DNA of 64,000 nucleotides from Carpediemonas membranifera BICM. Taxonomy: Eukaryota > Protista > Fornicata. Below are positions 41,924 through 51,669 of the stretch, piece by piece (position 1 is the first letter of the stretch; the number at the start of each line of letters is the position of its first letter). Location: NCBI GenBank assembly GCA_019828565.1, contig JAHDYR010000007.1, positions 729,333 through 793,332 of the forward strand, written 5' to 3'. Below the pieces are notes generated by a model. The model saw only the letters and a list, made by a program, of their open reading frames with translations, did no database searches and was not told where the DNA came from. The position numbers and the translations under genes were made by a program.

Positions 41924-42031
41924 GAGGATTACATGTAAATACCCGGGACCCGGGTGCCTGCCATGATGTATCGCGGCAGCACAAGTCTGAACGCCAACCA
42001 GCACGCGCAGAAAACTTTACTGATCTCCACC

Positions 42032-43390
42032 TTATTCGTAGCCGGACGTGTCGCGGTAGCGGCGGTGGACCTCCTCCGCGTGGGCCCGGACGTCAGCCAT
42101 GACCTTGGCCTCGTCGATCGTCTGCAGCTTGCGGTCGAGCATCAGCCACTCGCCAGCGCACATGGTGCTCTGGACACCGTCACGGCCCATGCCGAACATC
42201 ATGTGCCAGGGGAAGTTGCCCATTGACAGGGGCGTGGGGGCCTCGTAGCGGTAGATGATCAAGTCAGCGACGGCGCCGGCCTCGAGACGGCCGATGGTCT
42301 GCTTGAACCAGCGGGAGGCGAGGGCGGTGTTGTTGCGCCACAGCATGGTGAAGGGCTCCATGTGGCTCTTGCGGGGGTCTCTGTTCTCGTGCTTGTGCAA
42401 GAGGTAGCCGAACTTGTGCTCCTGGAACATGTCGGCGGTCATGCCATCCGTGCCGAGGCAGGCGGGGATGCCGGCGGCCATGAGGCCGGGGATATCGGCA
42501 CAGCCGACGCCGTTGTTCATGTTGGACTCGGGGTTGTGGACGACGTTCGTGCCGGTCTTCTTGATGACGGCGACCTCCTCCTCGTTCACGGCGATGCAGT
42601 GGGCGAAGAGAGAGTTGGGGCCGGTCATGCCGAAGCGCTCGAGCTGCAGGACGGAGCGGGGGTTGCCCTCAGCGGCGAGCTTCTTCTGGTCGGCATCGCC
42701 CTCCGCAACGTGGACGTGGAAGCCGACGTCGGGGACACCGCACTCGGCGACAGCCTTCTGGCAGGCAGCCATCGTCTCGTTAGAGAGGGTGAGGTTGCTG
42801 TGGAGGCCGAAGGTGGCGTGGAGACGGGGGTGGGGCTCCTCGTGGCGCTTCTTGAGGTAGCGGATGTTCTCTTCGATCGCCTCCTGGGTCTTGGCGGGGC
42901 CGTTACGGTCGCTGACCTCAAAGCAGGTGGAGACACGGACACCGGTGTCAAGGGCAGCGCGGGCGATGTCGTCGAGGGAGCCGTTGATCTCCTCAAAGGA
43001 GGCGTGGTGGTCGAGGAACGTCGTCGTGCCGCACTTGATGCCCTCAATGATCACGGGCATGGCGGTGAGGTAGTTGGTCTCGTGGTCAAGAGCCTTGTCG
43101 AGGCGGTACCAGAGCCGGTTGAGGACCTCCTGGAAGTTGGCAGCGGGTTCGCCAACGGTGGCCATACCGCGAGAGTACATGCCGTAGAAGTGGGTGTGAG
43201 CACAGACAAAGGAGGGCATCACAATGTTGCCCTCGGCGTCAAAGACCTTCTCAGAGGGGTACTTAGCAACCATCGCGTCGTTCTCGCCGACCTCGACGAT
43301 CTTGTCGCCCTCGATGAAGATAGCACCGTGAGAGAACTCGCGGTCTTCGCTATCGAACGTGAAAATGCGTGCGTTAGTGATAAGGACCAT
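42032..43390 (-). CDS. ssnA: SsnA-like metal-dependent amidohydrolase
   Basis: CAHTHFY, GTTTFLDHHAS, FHVHVAEG, HNPESNMNNGVG and LGTDG. Confidence 0.82.
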   Translation of the reverse strand: MVLITNARIFTFDSEDREFSHGAIFIEGDKIVEVGENDAMVAKYPSEKVFDAEGNIVMPSFVCAHTHFYGMYSRGMATVGEPAANFQEVLNRLWYRLDKALDHETNYLTAMPVIIEGIKCGTTTFLDHHASFEEINGSLDDIARAALDTGVRVSTCFEVSDRNGPAKTQEAIEENIRYLKKRHEEPHPRLHATFGLHSNLTLSNETMAACQKAVAECGVPDVGFHVHVAEGDADQKKLAAEGNPRSVLQLERFGMTGPNSLFAHCIAVNEEEVAVIKKTGTNVVHNPESNMNNGVGCADIPGLMAAGIPACLGTDGMTADMFQEHKFGYLLHKHENRDPRKSHMEPFTMLWRNNTALASRWFKQTIGRLEAGAVADLIIYRYEAPTPLSMGNFPWHMMFGMGRDGVQSTMCAGEWLMLDRKLQTIDEAKVMADVRAHAEEVHRRYRDTSGYE

Positions 43391-43586
43391 CTGGCAAGCC
43401 GTTTGACCGTTTGGGACTGGAGAAAATTGACGAGATCAATGAGAAACTGTAAGATCGGATCAAACAGGATGTATTCGGCCACTGCACACCAAAATACTGC
43501 CAATAGTCTACTTACAGAGTCCACCTGATGCCCATGATGCTATTTCGCAGTTTATGTTAGGCGGGTCATAACTCGTGTGGTATTTA

Positions 43587-45893
43587 GACTCAACAATTCT
43601 AATCCTGCGCAGGCCACTACCTCCACTCACCCACTTCAGCCCTCGTCTGTACCATCGGGCTTTCGTGCTTTCAGTCGTCGGTCTGCACGAAAAGATGCGT
43701 CGTCTGTCGTCCATCGTCTGTGTCTAACGCTGCTGTCATCTTTCGCGTCTGTGCTCGTCTGTTACGCGCTCATCTTCCGTCCATTGCCGGTGTCTGAAGC
43801 TCATGACGTCGTCTTCGTCATCTTCGTCTGTTGTGAGAGACACTAGTGGTGGAAAGCGGTTGTAGCTAGTAGTAAAGACGCTTTGTGCTGCATGATGCTG
43901 GTTTCTTGTGTTTTGAGGGATGCTGCTAGCTGATGAACCCTGAAAAGAAATGATCGATGCAGGCAGCTCAATAGACTCCGATGCCTTCCAAGATATACAC
44001 GGTGAAGGCTTCCGTTAACAAGGCCATTGGCGAGATTAACGGCGGAGGCGATAACAACGCGCCGCGGCGAGGAAATCTTGAACCGGGCATGCGTTCTTTC
44101 ACGCAGGCTAAGTACACATTCACTTGCCTGCGTCTCTGCATCTGCGCACGCGTTGACCCCACCGAGGACGGTCAACCTGTTCGACGAAGAGGTCCTCGCG
44201 CAGATCGTCAGCATTGCTCAGCAAAAGGTGTCGAAGGCAAAGGCAGCGGATCGGTGCAGGTGGATTTGCGACCTGGCGATGTGGAGGGACCCTGACATAA
44301 CCCCACTCGTCCGGGACTTCAGGGAAGCCTACGTTGGAATTGCATTTCCATTTCAGAGCTGGTTGGGCGAGTACTCCACAGCCACCCGGGTCTGGCTCTC
44401 GCGCGCGTCACCCGGGTACCTGACCCGTCTTCGTGCTGTATTAGAACGGGTGCGTCCGCTCCTCCATGATCCGCCGGGTGTTCGACAGGATTTTCTCGAC
44501 ACCCTAGGCGAGCTCGACACTGAGGTTGCCGCAATATCCGCCGATCATGACATGCATCATCGACAAATGCATGCATTGCCCGAGGGACAACGGGTGGGTC
44601 GCACTGGTACCGTGGCCGAGGCCCTCGTCGGCGTGCTGTCGTGCGTCACGCGCATGAGTGCTGCAGTGACCAAGCTGGTCACACTCACTCGTGCCGTGAA
44701 CCTCGAGTTCAGTCAGGCCCTGCCAGAGCCGAAGCTCGTCCCGTTCGTGCCGATGGCACCGGTCAGGCCTGGGTTCATGACCATCGAGCGCGGAGTAACA
44801 GTGCTCACCCCAGCGATGAAGCGGCGCCTGCGTGTGCACGTGAATTGGTCAGCAACCAAGAATTTGACCGACGAGCAGGTGGCTGAATACGAGCGTGATC
44901 ACGGCGACATCACCAAGCTCCGCAGAGTGCTCTCTGTGAGGACTGACGGGGTCTCTGTTGCTGTGACGGTTTGAGTGGGTCGCGAGAAATATCGTGGCGG
45001 TCGGGTGGCTGACCGGCCCACGTACAAAAAGGGTAGCAGCAACAAGCGCTCGGTCAGGATGACGCCGAGGCTACTCCTGCCCCGGACATTCAAGCTCTCA
45101 TGGGCTTCGACCCTGGTGCTCGGTCGCTGGACGGCTACACGATCCGCCGCCCAGACGGGCAGAGTGTATCTGGCGAACTCGCTAAGTGTGGCTACACTGC
45201 CACCCCCTCTTTCCGCGTGAATATGAGCGCAGCATCGTTCAAAACGACAAGTCTAGAGGCTCTCAAACAGTCGATTAGGTTTGTCCATGAGAACATCGTT
45301 CAGATCATCAACGAGGGGACGAGAAAGTGTTTCCGCCGGGCGACTTTTGCCAATCACTGTCTGCGCCTGAAGCACTTCGCCCGGGCTGGACGTCAACTCC
45401 TGGATGATCTCGGCGGGCGCCCCCCGGAGCCTTCACCTCGAAGTCGCGTATGGGGCTGCACTGTTCGGTTCTGCCGGCACTCCCTCGTGTGCTCCGTACC
45501 GCCACTTTGCTCGAGCTCTTCCTGGCATCATGCTCCGGCACAACGTCGTCGTGAGTGTCACGATGGTCTCGGAATTCCGCACTTCCATCGTGTGCCCATA
45601 CTGCAAAGCACACTTCAGACGTGTGGTGCACACACCGCACCATGCTCTGCCAGAATCCCGCGTGCGAGGGAGCTCCATGGCGCGTTGAACGGCTACGTCG
45701 GCATCCCGAGCAGAGAGACATACTTCTCAATCTCTCTCACCGAGATAAGAGCGCCAGCGAGAACATCCTTTGGTGCACCTTCGATGCAACTTCAGATCGA
45801 TTGATAGAGTATGATAAACCACACTGCGATCCTGATGCTGCTTGGATCACTGTCTGTTCTGGACTCAACAATTCTAATCCTGCGCAGCACAAC
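43587..45893 (+). mobile_element. Fanzor1 element, full-length copy B (2307 bp)
   Basis: Boundaries defined by comparison with copy A. 26-bp direct repeats at 43587-43612 and 45862-45887; preceded by TTTA, ends in CACAAC; no TSD. Confidence 0.92.
43981..45893 (+). pseudogene. Fanzor1 nuclease (~630 aa when reconstructed), disrupted
   Basis: YTVKASVNK, PMAPVRPGFMTI, RTDGVSVAV, GFDPG, SFKTTS, VAYGAALF, EFRTSIVCPYC, CQNPAC and RDKSASENI. Lesions: frameshift ~44080, TGA 44972, frameshifts ~45047, ~45420 and ~45630. Confidence 0.9.
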
Positions 45894-45927
45894 TCGAATA
45901 GCAAGCAGCACATCGAGGCTGATTGCT

Positions 45928-47769
45928 ATGATCGTCAAAACAGCGGCATGTGCCGAATTTAACATCCACGTAGGCACTGAGATCCTTGTTTCGTACCCCT
46001 GCGCCATCCCTCTTGCAAAGACAGCTCTGTGCGAGCTTGCCATCCCCGAGGGATCCCACCACCGCACATGGGACTCAACGTTCTTCACGATACATCCAGA
46101 AAGCCGCGATGACGTCAACATCGCCGTTGGAGAGCGCTCGTGCCCTCCGATTGCTGTCACGGCCTACCATTACGACGCGAACCAGCGCAAGTGGGTCATC
46201 ATAGGCACCAGCGCAGACTTCCAGGAGTGCATCTTCTCCCTCCGCGCCACTACTCCCAAGATGTACTTCCAGAACGTCTCGGACCACACTGTCGTCCTGG
46301 ACATGGTGCTGCATCCGAAGATCGAGATCACCAAGCTCAGCGATGAGCTCTGGTGCATGTATGACATCCATGATGTCGCGATAGGCATCGCCTTTGCCGA
46401 TGAGGATGCCCGCTACGCCTTCGAGTACCAGATAAGCACGTACCACCGTTTCCACAAGGCAACTCAGGCCGAGACAATTCCAAAACTGCCCGTGACGAGC
46501 ACGCTGTTCGGGATAGCGGTTGTCGGCACACGCCACGACGACTCCCTCGACCGTGGGGCCCTGGTCCGGTCCATCGTCGTCGTGGGGGGCAGTCCGCTCA
46601 TTGACGCACTCAGACCCCTCGTCAAGCACTACGTGCAGCTCGTGCTGGACGGAATGGACCCTAAAACTGCGCTGGGGAGTCTCATCACGGCAGCGAACAC
46701 GGCGACGCCCGCTATCCCCGACCGGATGCCCCCGCCCGAGCTGGTCCGGTACAACCGCCTCGCACTCCTCCATCCAAGAGTCGATGTGCAGTTTACGACA
46801 CCAGAACGGGTGATCACCGGGCAGTTCCACGAATACCCGTTCCCGCACGAGAGCTGCGCCGCCTCACTGCTGGACCTGCATGAGATGCTCGGGGCGAAGA
46901 TGTTCCTTGTACTCAACGCGCTCCTATTCGGGAAGAAGATCATCTTTCACACGAGCGGGCCGGCTGCCAAGGTGTGCAACGCTGTGCTGTCCGCCACGCA
47001 GCTGGTGGATCCGTTCGTGCCGAGTATCTGCAACCGGGCAATCCCGTACGCATGCCTCGCGATGTCGGATGATTATCTCAAGAAGCCGAACTATATCTTG
47101 GGGGTGACAAATCCAATATTCCGGACACATCCGGAATGGTACGATCTTTGGGTCGATATCGACTCTGGCGAAGTCACGATTATGCCAGACTGCAGGCAGG
47201 TCGCCATCTATGCCTCCTTCGACGAGGACGCCCACGCCCGCCTCACACAGCTCACGGTCGAAGTCGCCAAGCGCGACGGCCCAAACGTGCCCTCCGCGGA
47301 GACTGCCACCCGAGTATTCATGTACCAGTACGTGAAGGATATCCTCGAGGCGGCCACATGTGTCACGGGTGCAGCCATTCCCGAGTACGGCCTGGTGAGG
47401 CTCAACGAGCTCAGCATCCTCAGCCATATCATCGGGCTGCGGGGAATGCTGACTGGAAACTGGGTCGACGAGGCGGTGAGGCGGCTGCGGGGCGGGAAGT
47501 GCGGCGGTGATCAGATCCAGAAGATCTTGACCACACTGGCAGAATCTTCGGACAAAGAGATGGTGCAGATGTTGACATTGTTCCCACGTGTGGTTGAGGG
47601 GATTCAGCTCATATCTAGTGGATTATTCAGTAGTGTGGATGAGATTCGGACATCGTCATATCTCCTGATGCAGCGAGTTGGGCAGTTGCCCGAGGGCAAG
47701 CCGTATATCGACGACCTCAACTACTTCACTCTCTTCCACTACGAGCGCGTCAAACGGAAGCTGGGTTGA
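45928..47769 (+). CDS. Afi1/MesA-like (DENN-related) protein
   Basis: AEFNIHVG...YP, ELAIPEGSH..TWDSTFF, LNALLFGKKIIF and YILGVTNPIF. Confidence 0.75.
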   Translation: MIVKTAACAEFNIHVGTEILVSYPCAIPLAKTALCELAIPEGSHHRTWDSTFFTIHPESRDDVNIAVGERSCPPIAVTAYHYDANQRKWVIIGTSADFQECIFSLRATTPKMYFQNVSDHTVVLDMVLHPKIEITKLSDELWCMYDIHDVAIGIAFADEDARYAFEYQISTYHRFHKATQAETIPKLPVTSTLFGIAVVGTRHDDSLDRGALVRSIVVVGGSPLIDALRPLVKHYVQLVLDGMDPKTALGSLITAANTATPAIPDRMPPPELVRYNRLALLHPRVDVQFTTPERVITGQFHEYPFPHESCAASLLDLHEMLGAKMFLVLNALLFGKKIIFHTSGPAAKVCNAVLSATQLVDPFVPSICNRAIPYACLAMSDDYLKKPNYILGVTNPIFRTHPEWYDLWVDIDSGEVTIMPDCRQVAIYASFDEDAHARLTQLTVEVAKRDGPNVPSAETATRVFMYQYVKDILEAATCVTGAAIPEYGLVRLNELSILSHIIGLRGMLTGNWVDEAVRRLRGGKCGGDQIQKILTTLAESSDKEMVQMLTLFPRVVEGIQLISSGLFSSVDEIRTSSYLLMQRVGQLPEGKPYIDDLNYFTLFHYERVKRKLG

Positions 47770-47931
47770 GCAGCGTCTTGGCTTGTTGGCTTATTTATAA
47801 GGGAGCAATACTGAGGTAAACACAGTTTCAGACGGGGCGCGTGCCATTGATCTCACAGCACCAATTTAGCGAGGAATTTAATCTATAGAACACTATCGGG
47901 GTACTATACTATACTATACGTACAAAGGCTG

Positions 47932-50532
47932 TCACCCCTTCGCCTTGATCAAGGGTGGGCGACAGAACTCGGGTACCGCCTCCTTCACGACGAATGTTTC
48001 AAAGAGCGGGTCCGTCTCGTGGCCCCAGCCCACACTGCCGCTGTCGTTCGCTTGGGCGATCGGCGAGGTGGAGATGCTGGTGCAGACCCGGATCAGAGTC
48101 GACGACACTGTGCGCTGGTTGACAATCACCGAATCTGCCGCAGATTTGAATGAATCACAGCATTCGGCACGGAAATTGTCAATGATGGAACGCAAGTTCT
48201 TGGAAGCAAGCCTCGTGTGCGACCTGGCAGCAGCGAAGAGCGAAGCCTTGGTCTTCTCCGCCAGCCATGCGGTGTCGGTCATCCCTGACGCATGAAGCCG
48301 CGCAAGCCATGGAATCTGGGACTCGGGTGGAATCTTTTTCAAGATCGTGTGAATCAAGCTGACCCAAATAATCCGACCAATCTGACGCAACACCTTACGG
48401 TGGTGTTGGAAGTCCCACGTTGCCCCCGCCTCCTGCCAGAACGAGGACTTCTCGTGGCAGTAAACCAGCGGTCTATGCGGGTCGGGATGCACGGTGCTTC
48501 GGGAGAAGAGAGCCGCGAAGAAGGAGTAGACGAGGGCATTCACGTCTTCCGAGGAATCCGGGAGCGACAGGACGAGGTCCGACGTTGCCCGAACTATCGA
48601 CTCGAGGGTCGAGTCGAGCATCTCTGCTGAAGACACGAGGGAAGAAACCTTGCCGACCGCCGTCCACCGTCGCTCAGCAAGCATCGTGCTCACGAGGGAA
48701 GCCAGGCGGGCGGTACTGGGCGAGCTGGGGGTCCACTCCTCATTGCTAGCGGAGAATGCCAGGGGCGGCGCTGCTTTGTGGAAGATCCGCTCGAGCGTGG
48801 GCCTGATTGTCGCTCGGATGGCGGGCATATCTGGCGGGGGGAGTCTGAACCAGGCCTGAAGGATCAGATTCGACTGCGGGTGGAGTCTGGAACAAAGCAG
48901 GGATACGATCTGCAAGATTTGGTCGAGATTCTTCTTTCGAGAGGGAATGACAATGTCACGATGTGCGAAGACGCGGACCTTGACAAAGCGGCGGGCCATG
49001 ATCTGTAACGCCGTTCGGAGCACCCATGCGATGATCTCACCCGATCCTGAATCAGATTCGCACTGTGCAGCAGCGATCGCCCAAATCCCGTCATAATCGC
49101 CTGTGACAAGCTGACACACGAGTAAATCAAGCAGTGCCTGTCGTCTCGTCGCCTCAGATCTCACGCACGCCGCCCTTCGAGCCACAACCACAGCTCTGGC
49201 GAGGTCACCCACGAGCAAGTGTCGCGGGGGCATCGTCTTGTCCGAGTTCATGGCTGGGCCCGTGTTCAAGCCCTGACTCGACTCGACTCGGAGTCGGGTG
49301 AGGGGCTGCGGGGCGGGAGGCCGGAACAGGGCGAGGAGGAAGGCCGTCCTCGGTCGGGCGAGCAGGGTGGCGAGGACGGCGGGGTCCCGGGGATGGGCGG
49401 TGATCTCGCCGACGGTGGCAAGGGTGGGCTGGCCGGCGTGCTCTGGGTTGCCGGTCTCAGCGGTGGGTGCGGGGGCGAGGGAGCTGGGGATCTTCACGGT
49501 GGACGAGGCCGACTCAACCCAGGCACGGGCCCCGGTAAAGGGATCACGGGAGGCAGTGGGGCGGCCACGCAGGAGCGGGGTGGAGCTCAGGCAAGCTCCC
49601 CGTGGGGGCATCTCAACAGCAAGCAGATTCATTCCTGCGATGGCCAAGATGCTGTCACCGATCTGACACGCGTCAGTGATACCGTCAAATCGGAGATATG
49701 CCTTGAAATCAACTCCACATAATCCGAAGCGAACAAGCCCCATCTTGGTAACGATGGCACCGCTCGGCGCAACACTCCCCAGTCTCGGCTGAACGTCCCA
49801 ACACATCGACCTCGCGCCATGGGGCACATCAAATGATGAGGAAACAGTGGGCCTGGCTACTGGGACGATGACGAGCCTGCTGTGGCCGAGGACGGCGATG
49901 TGGGACCCTGATGGCGATACCGAGGCTGCAGCTGGACCAAGGGGCGCAAGAGTGACCTTGGCATGCGTGAACTCATTGCTGCTGAGGTCTATACTGTAAA
50001 CTGACAGGGTCGCCCCGTCCTGGTCGACCGTCGCGACAGTCGCCGTGGACTCGGTCGAGTCCAGGCGAATAGACGCGTTGGAGCAGTGGGTTTCAAGGGT
50101 AATCGAACGCGCGGCGGTCTCAGATACGATAAGGATTCGATCTTTGAACACTGAAAGAAAAAACTTGGAGGTTGGATCGAAATCGAGGCAATAAATGGTG
50201 CCAAAAGAGCGGGGCAGTGGGTAGCGGGTCGCGATTTCATCATATTCCCATACTACAAACGCGTTTGAGCGTGTCTCATAGCCAATGATCGTGGTGTTGT
50301 CGCTGCTGGCGACGCTGATGGTGTCCACGCCATAGTGCGCCGTCTTCTTCGTAAATGGAGCACTGCGCGGCGCTTCTGCCGTAGGCTTCACAAATGTACA
50401 TCTAGGCGGGTTTTCGGAAGCCAGGAGGACGCATGCGTCAACAAAACTCGAGGAAAGGGCGAAAACTCGTGAAAACGGCTTCTTCCTCTTAACTTTAAGG
50501 GCTGCTACTATTCTAGGTTCAGTTATAGGCAT
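47932..50532 (-). CDS. Hypothetical protein, N-terminal beta-propeller-like region
   Basis: 866-aa uninterrupted ORF. Confidence 0.6.
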   Translation of the reverse strand: MPITEPRIVAALKVKRKKPFSRVFALSSSFVDACVLLASENPPRCTFVKPTAEAPRSAPFTKKTAHYGVDTISVASSDNTTIIGYETRSNAFVVWEYDEIATRYPLPRSFGTIYCLDFDPTSKFFLSVFKDRILIVSETAARSITLETHCSNASIRLDSTESTATVATVDQDGATLSVYSIDLSSNEFTHAKVTLAPLGPAAASVSPSGSHIAVLGHSRLVIVPVARPTVSSSFDVPHGARSMCWDVQPRLGSVAPSGAIVTKMGLVRFGLCGVDFKAYLRFDGITDACQIGDSILAIAGMNLLAVEMPPRGACLSSTPLLRGRPTASRDPFTGARAWVESASSTVKIPSSLAPAPTAETGNPEHAGQPTLATVGEITAHPRDPAVLATLLARPRTAFLLALFRPPAPQPLTRLRVESSQGLNTGPAMNSDKTMPPRHLLVGDLARAVVVARRAACVRSEATRRQALLDLLVCQLVTGDYDGIWAIAAAQCESDSGSGEIIAWVLRTALQIMARRFVKVRVFAHRDIVIPSRKKNLDQILQIVSLLCSRLHPQSNLILQAWFRLPPPDMPAIRATIRPTLERIFHKAAPPLAFSASNEEWTPSSPSTARLASLVSTMLAERRWTAVGKVSSLVSSAEMLDSTLESIVRATSDLVLSLPDSSEDVNALVYSFFAALFSRSTVHPDPHRPLVYCHEKSSFWQEAGATWDFQHHRKVLRQIGRIIWVSLIHTILKKIPPESQIPWLARLHASGMTDTAWLAEKTKASLFAAARSHTRLASKNLRSIIDNFRAECCDSFKSAADSVIVNQRTVSSTLIRVCTSISTSPIAQANDSGSVGWGHETDPLFETFVVKEAVPEFCRPPLIKAKG

Positions 50533-51044
50533 GTTAGTCACGCTTGTGGCGGCTGTACTATGCTGGTTGCAGTGCTAGCTGCGTAGTTAGTTGATCCTGT
50601 CATAAGCTGCGGGATCCTGGTTCGGTGGTAGCAGGCGCGGGTGACCGCTCCTACTGATATCCCCCCTCCCGCTGACACCGCGGTCGCCCAGACCGTGGAC
50701 CCGAGTCAGAGTTTGATGTTTGATGTTTGATGTGTCGTCTCCTCCCGGTGACACAGTGGTGTCGCTCTGGCTGTGGACTTGAGTCAGTCGGACGTGCCGG
50801 CCTACATGCTTCCTTGCGGTGTATGTAGATGTGGTCAGTTAGCCTGTTGCTCGGGTGGTTAACAAGGGTGAGGGAATATAAAGATCCTGGTTCAGCACGC
50901 ATAGGCGCACATAGGCAATAACCGGACGTCACCGCAGAGCTTTCATCACTTTACTCGAACAAATAGCGGATTCCGCATGCGGCACTCACAACAGTCGCCA
51001 TCCCCGGGTGATCGGAGACGGGTCGGGCTAGCCCAACGCCCCCC

Positions 51045-51368
51045 TCACGGGCCCATGACCTCGTAGTACTCGTACGCCGGCTCCTCGAACGGGTGGGCGG
51101 CGAGCATGGCCTGGATGGACCCCACGATGGTCTCCTGGGTGCATAGGACTTCGACTTTCACGTCGCAGATCACCTCTAGAGTGCCTCTAGTACCAATGTG
51201 AGGATTGGCGTGCTCACCGGGCATGAACTGGCCTTGGCCTTCGACTTGCCAGCAGCAGCGGCTATAGTTGCCGATAGCACCGCCTCCCGCTGCGAATACA
51301 GCTTCTTTCACATTCTCTACATGCTCTGGAGGGCAGTAGAAGGTCAGCTTGACTCTCTTTGTGGACAT
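51045..51368 (-). CDS. Short NIF3/YqfO-like protein, bacterial type
   Basis: KLTFYCP...VKEAVFAAGGG.IGNYSRCCWQVEGQGQF...AHPFEEPAY. Confidence 0.82.
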   Translation of the reverse strand: MSTKRVKLTFYCPPEHVENVKEAVFAAGGGAIGNYSRCCWQVEGQGQFMPGEHANPHIGTRGTLEVICDVKVEVLCTQETIVGSIQAMLAAHPFEEPAYEYYEVMGP

Positions 51369-51669
51369 TTCTTCGTCGTGGCGATCACTTTTCGACTCTC
51401 GAGGAAGACTCACCCCAGGGCACTGCAGCATCTCCCATGCCTGGCACATGCATCAGACACTCGCAGTCGCCCTCAGCAGCAGTTATTGCTGTCTTGTTTA
51501 AATATGATGGCATCATTTGTCCAAGCCCAAACCAATCACCAAATACCGCAAGGAATGAAAGATAGCAGTGTCAGTGACATGCTCGCTCCGTTTCAGGGGT
51601 CATGCACGTGCATTTTGGGTGGTCAACGGCGGCAATCGAAATGACTTTGCCACAAAGTCGCACCTACCA

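Noticed and set aside
44972-44974. In-frame TGA in Fanzor ORFs (also 5350) as stop-codon reassignment or readthrough; both are followed by GTG
   Set aside because: Host genes here end in TGA, including TGA-GTG (USP, RhoGEF), and the ORFs also carry frameshifts. Ordinary decay is simpler.
47901-47920. TACTA tandem microrepeat between convergent genes
   Set aside because: Simple low-complexity repeat with no further structure.
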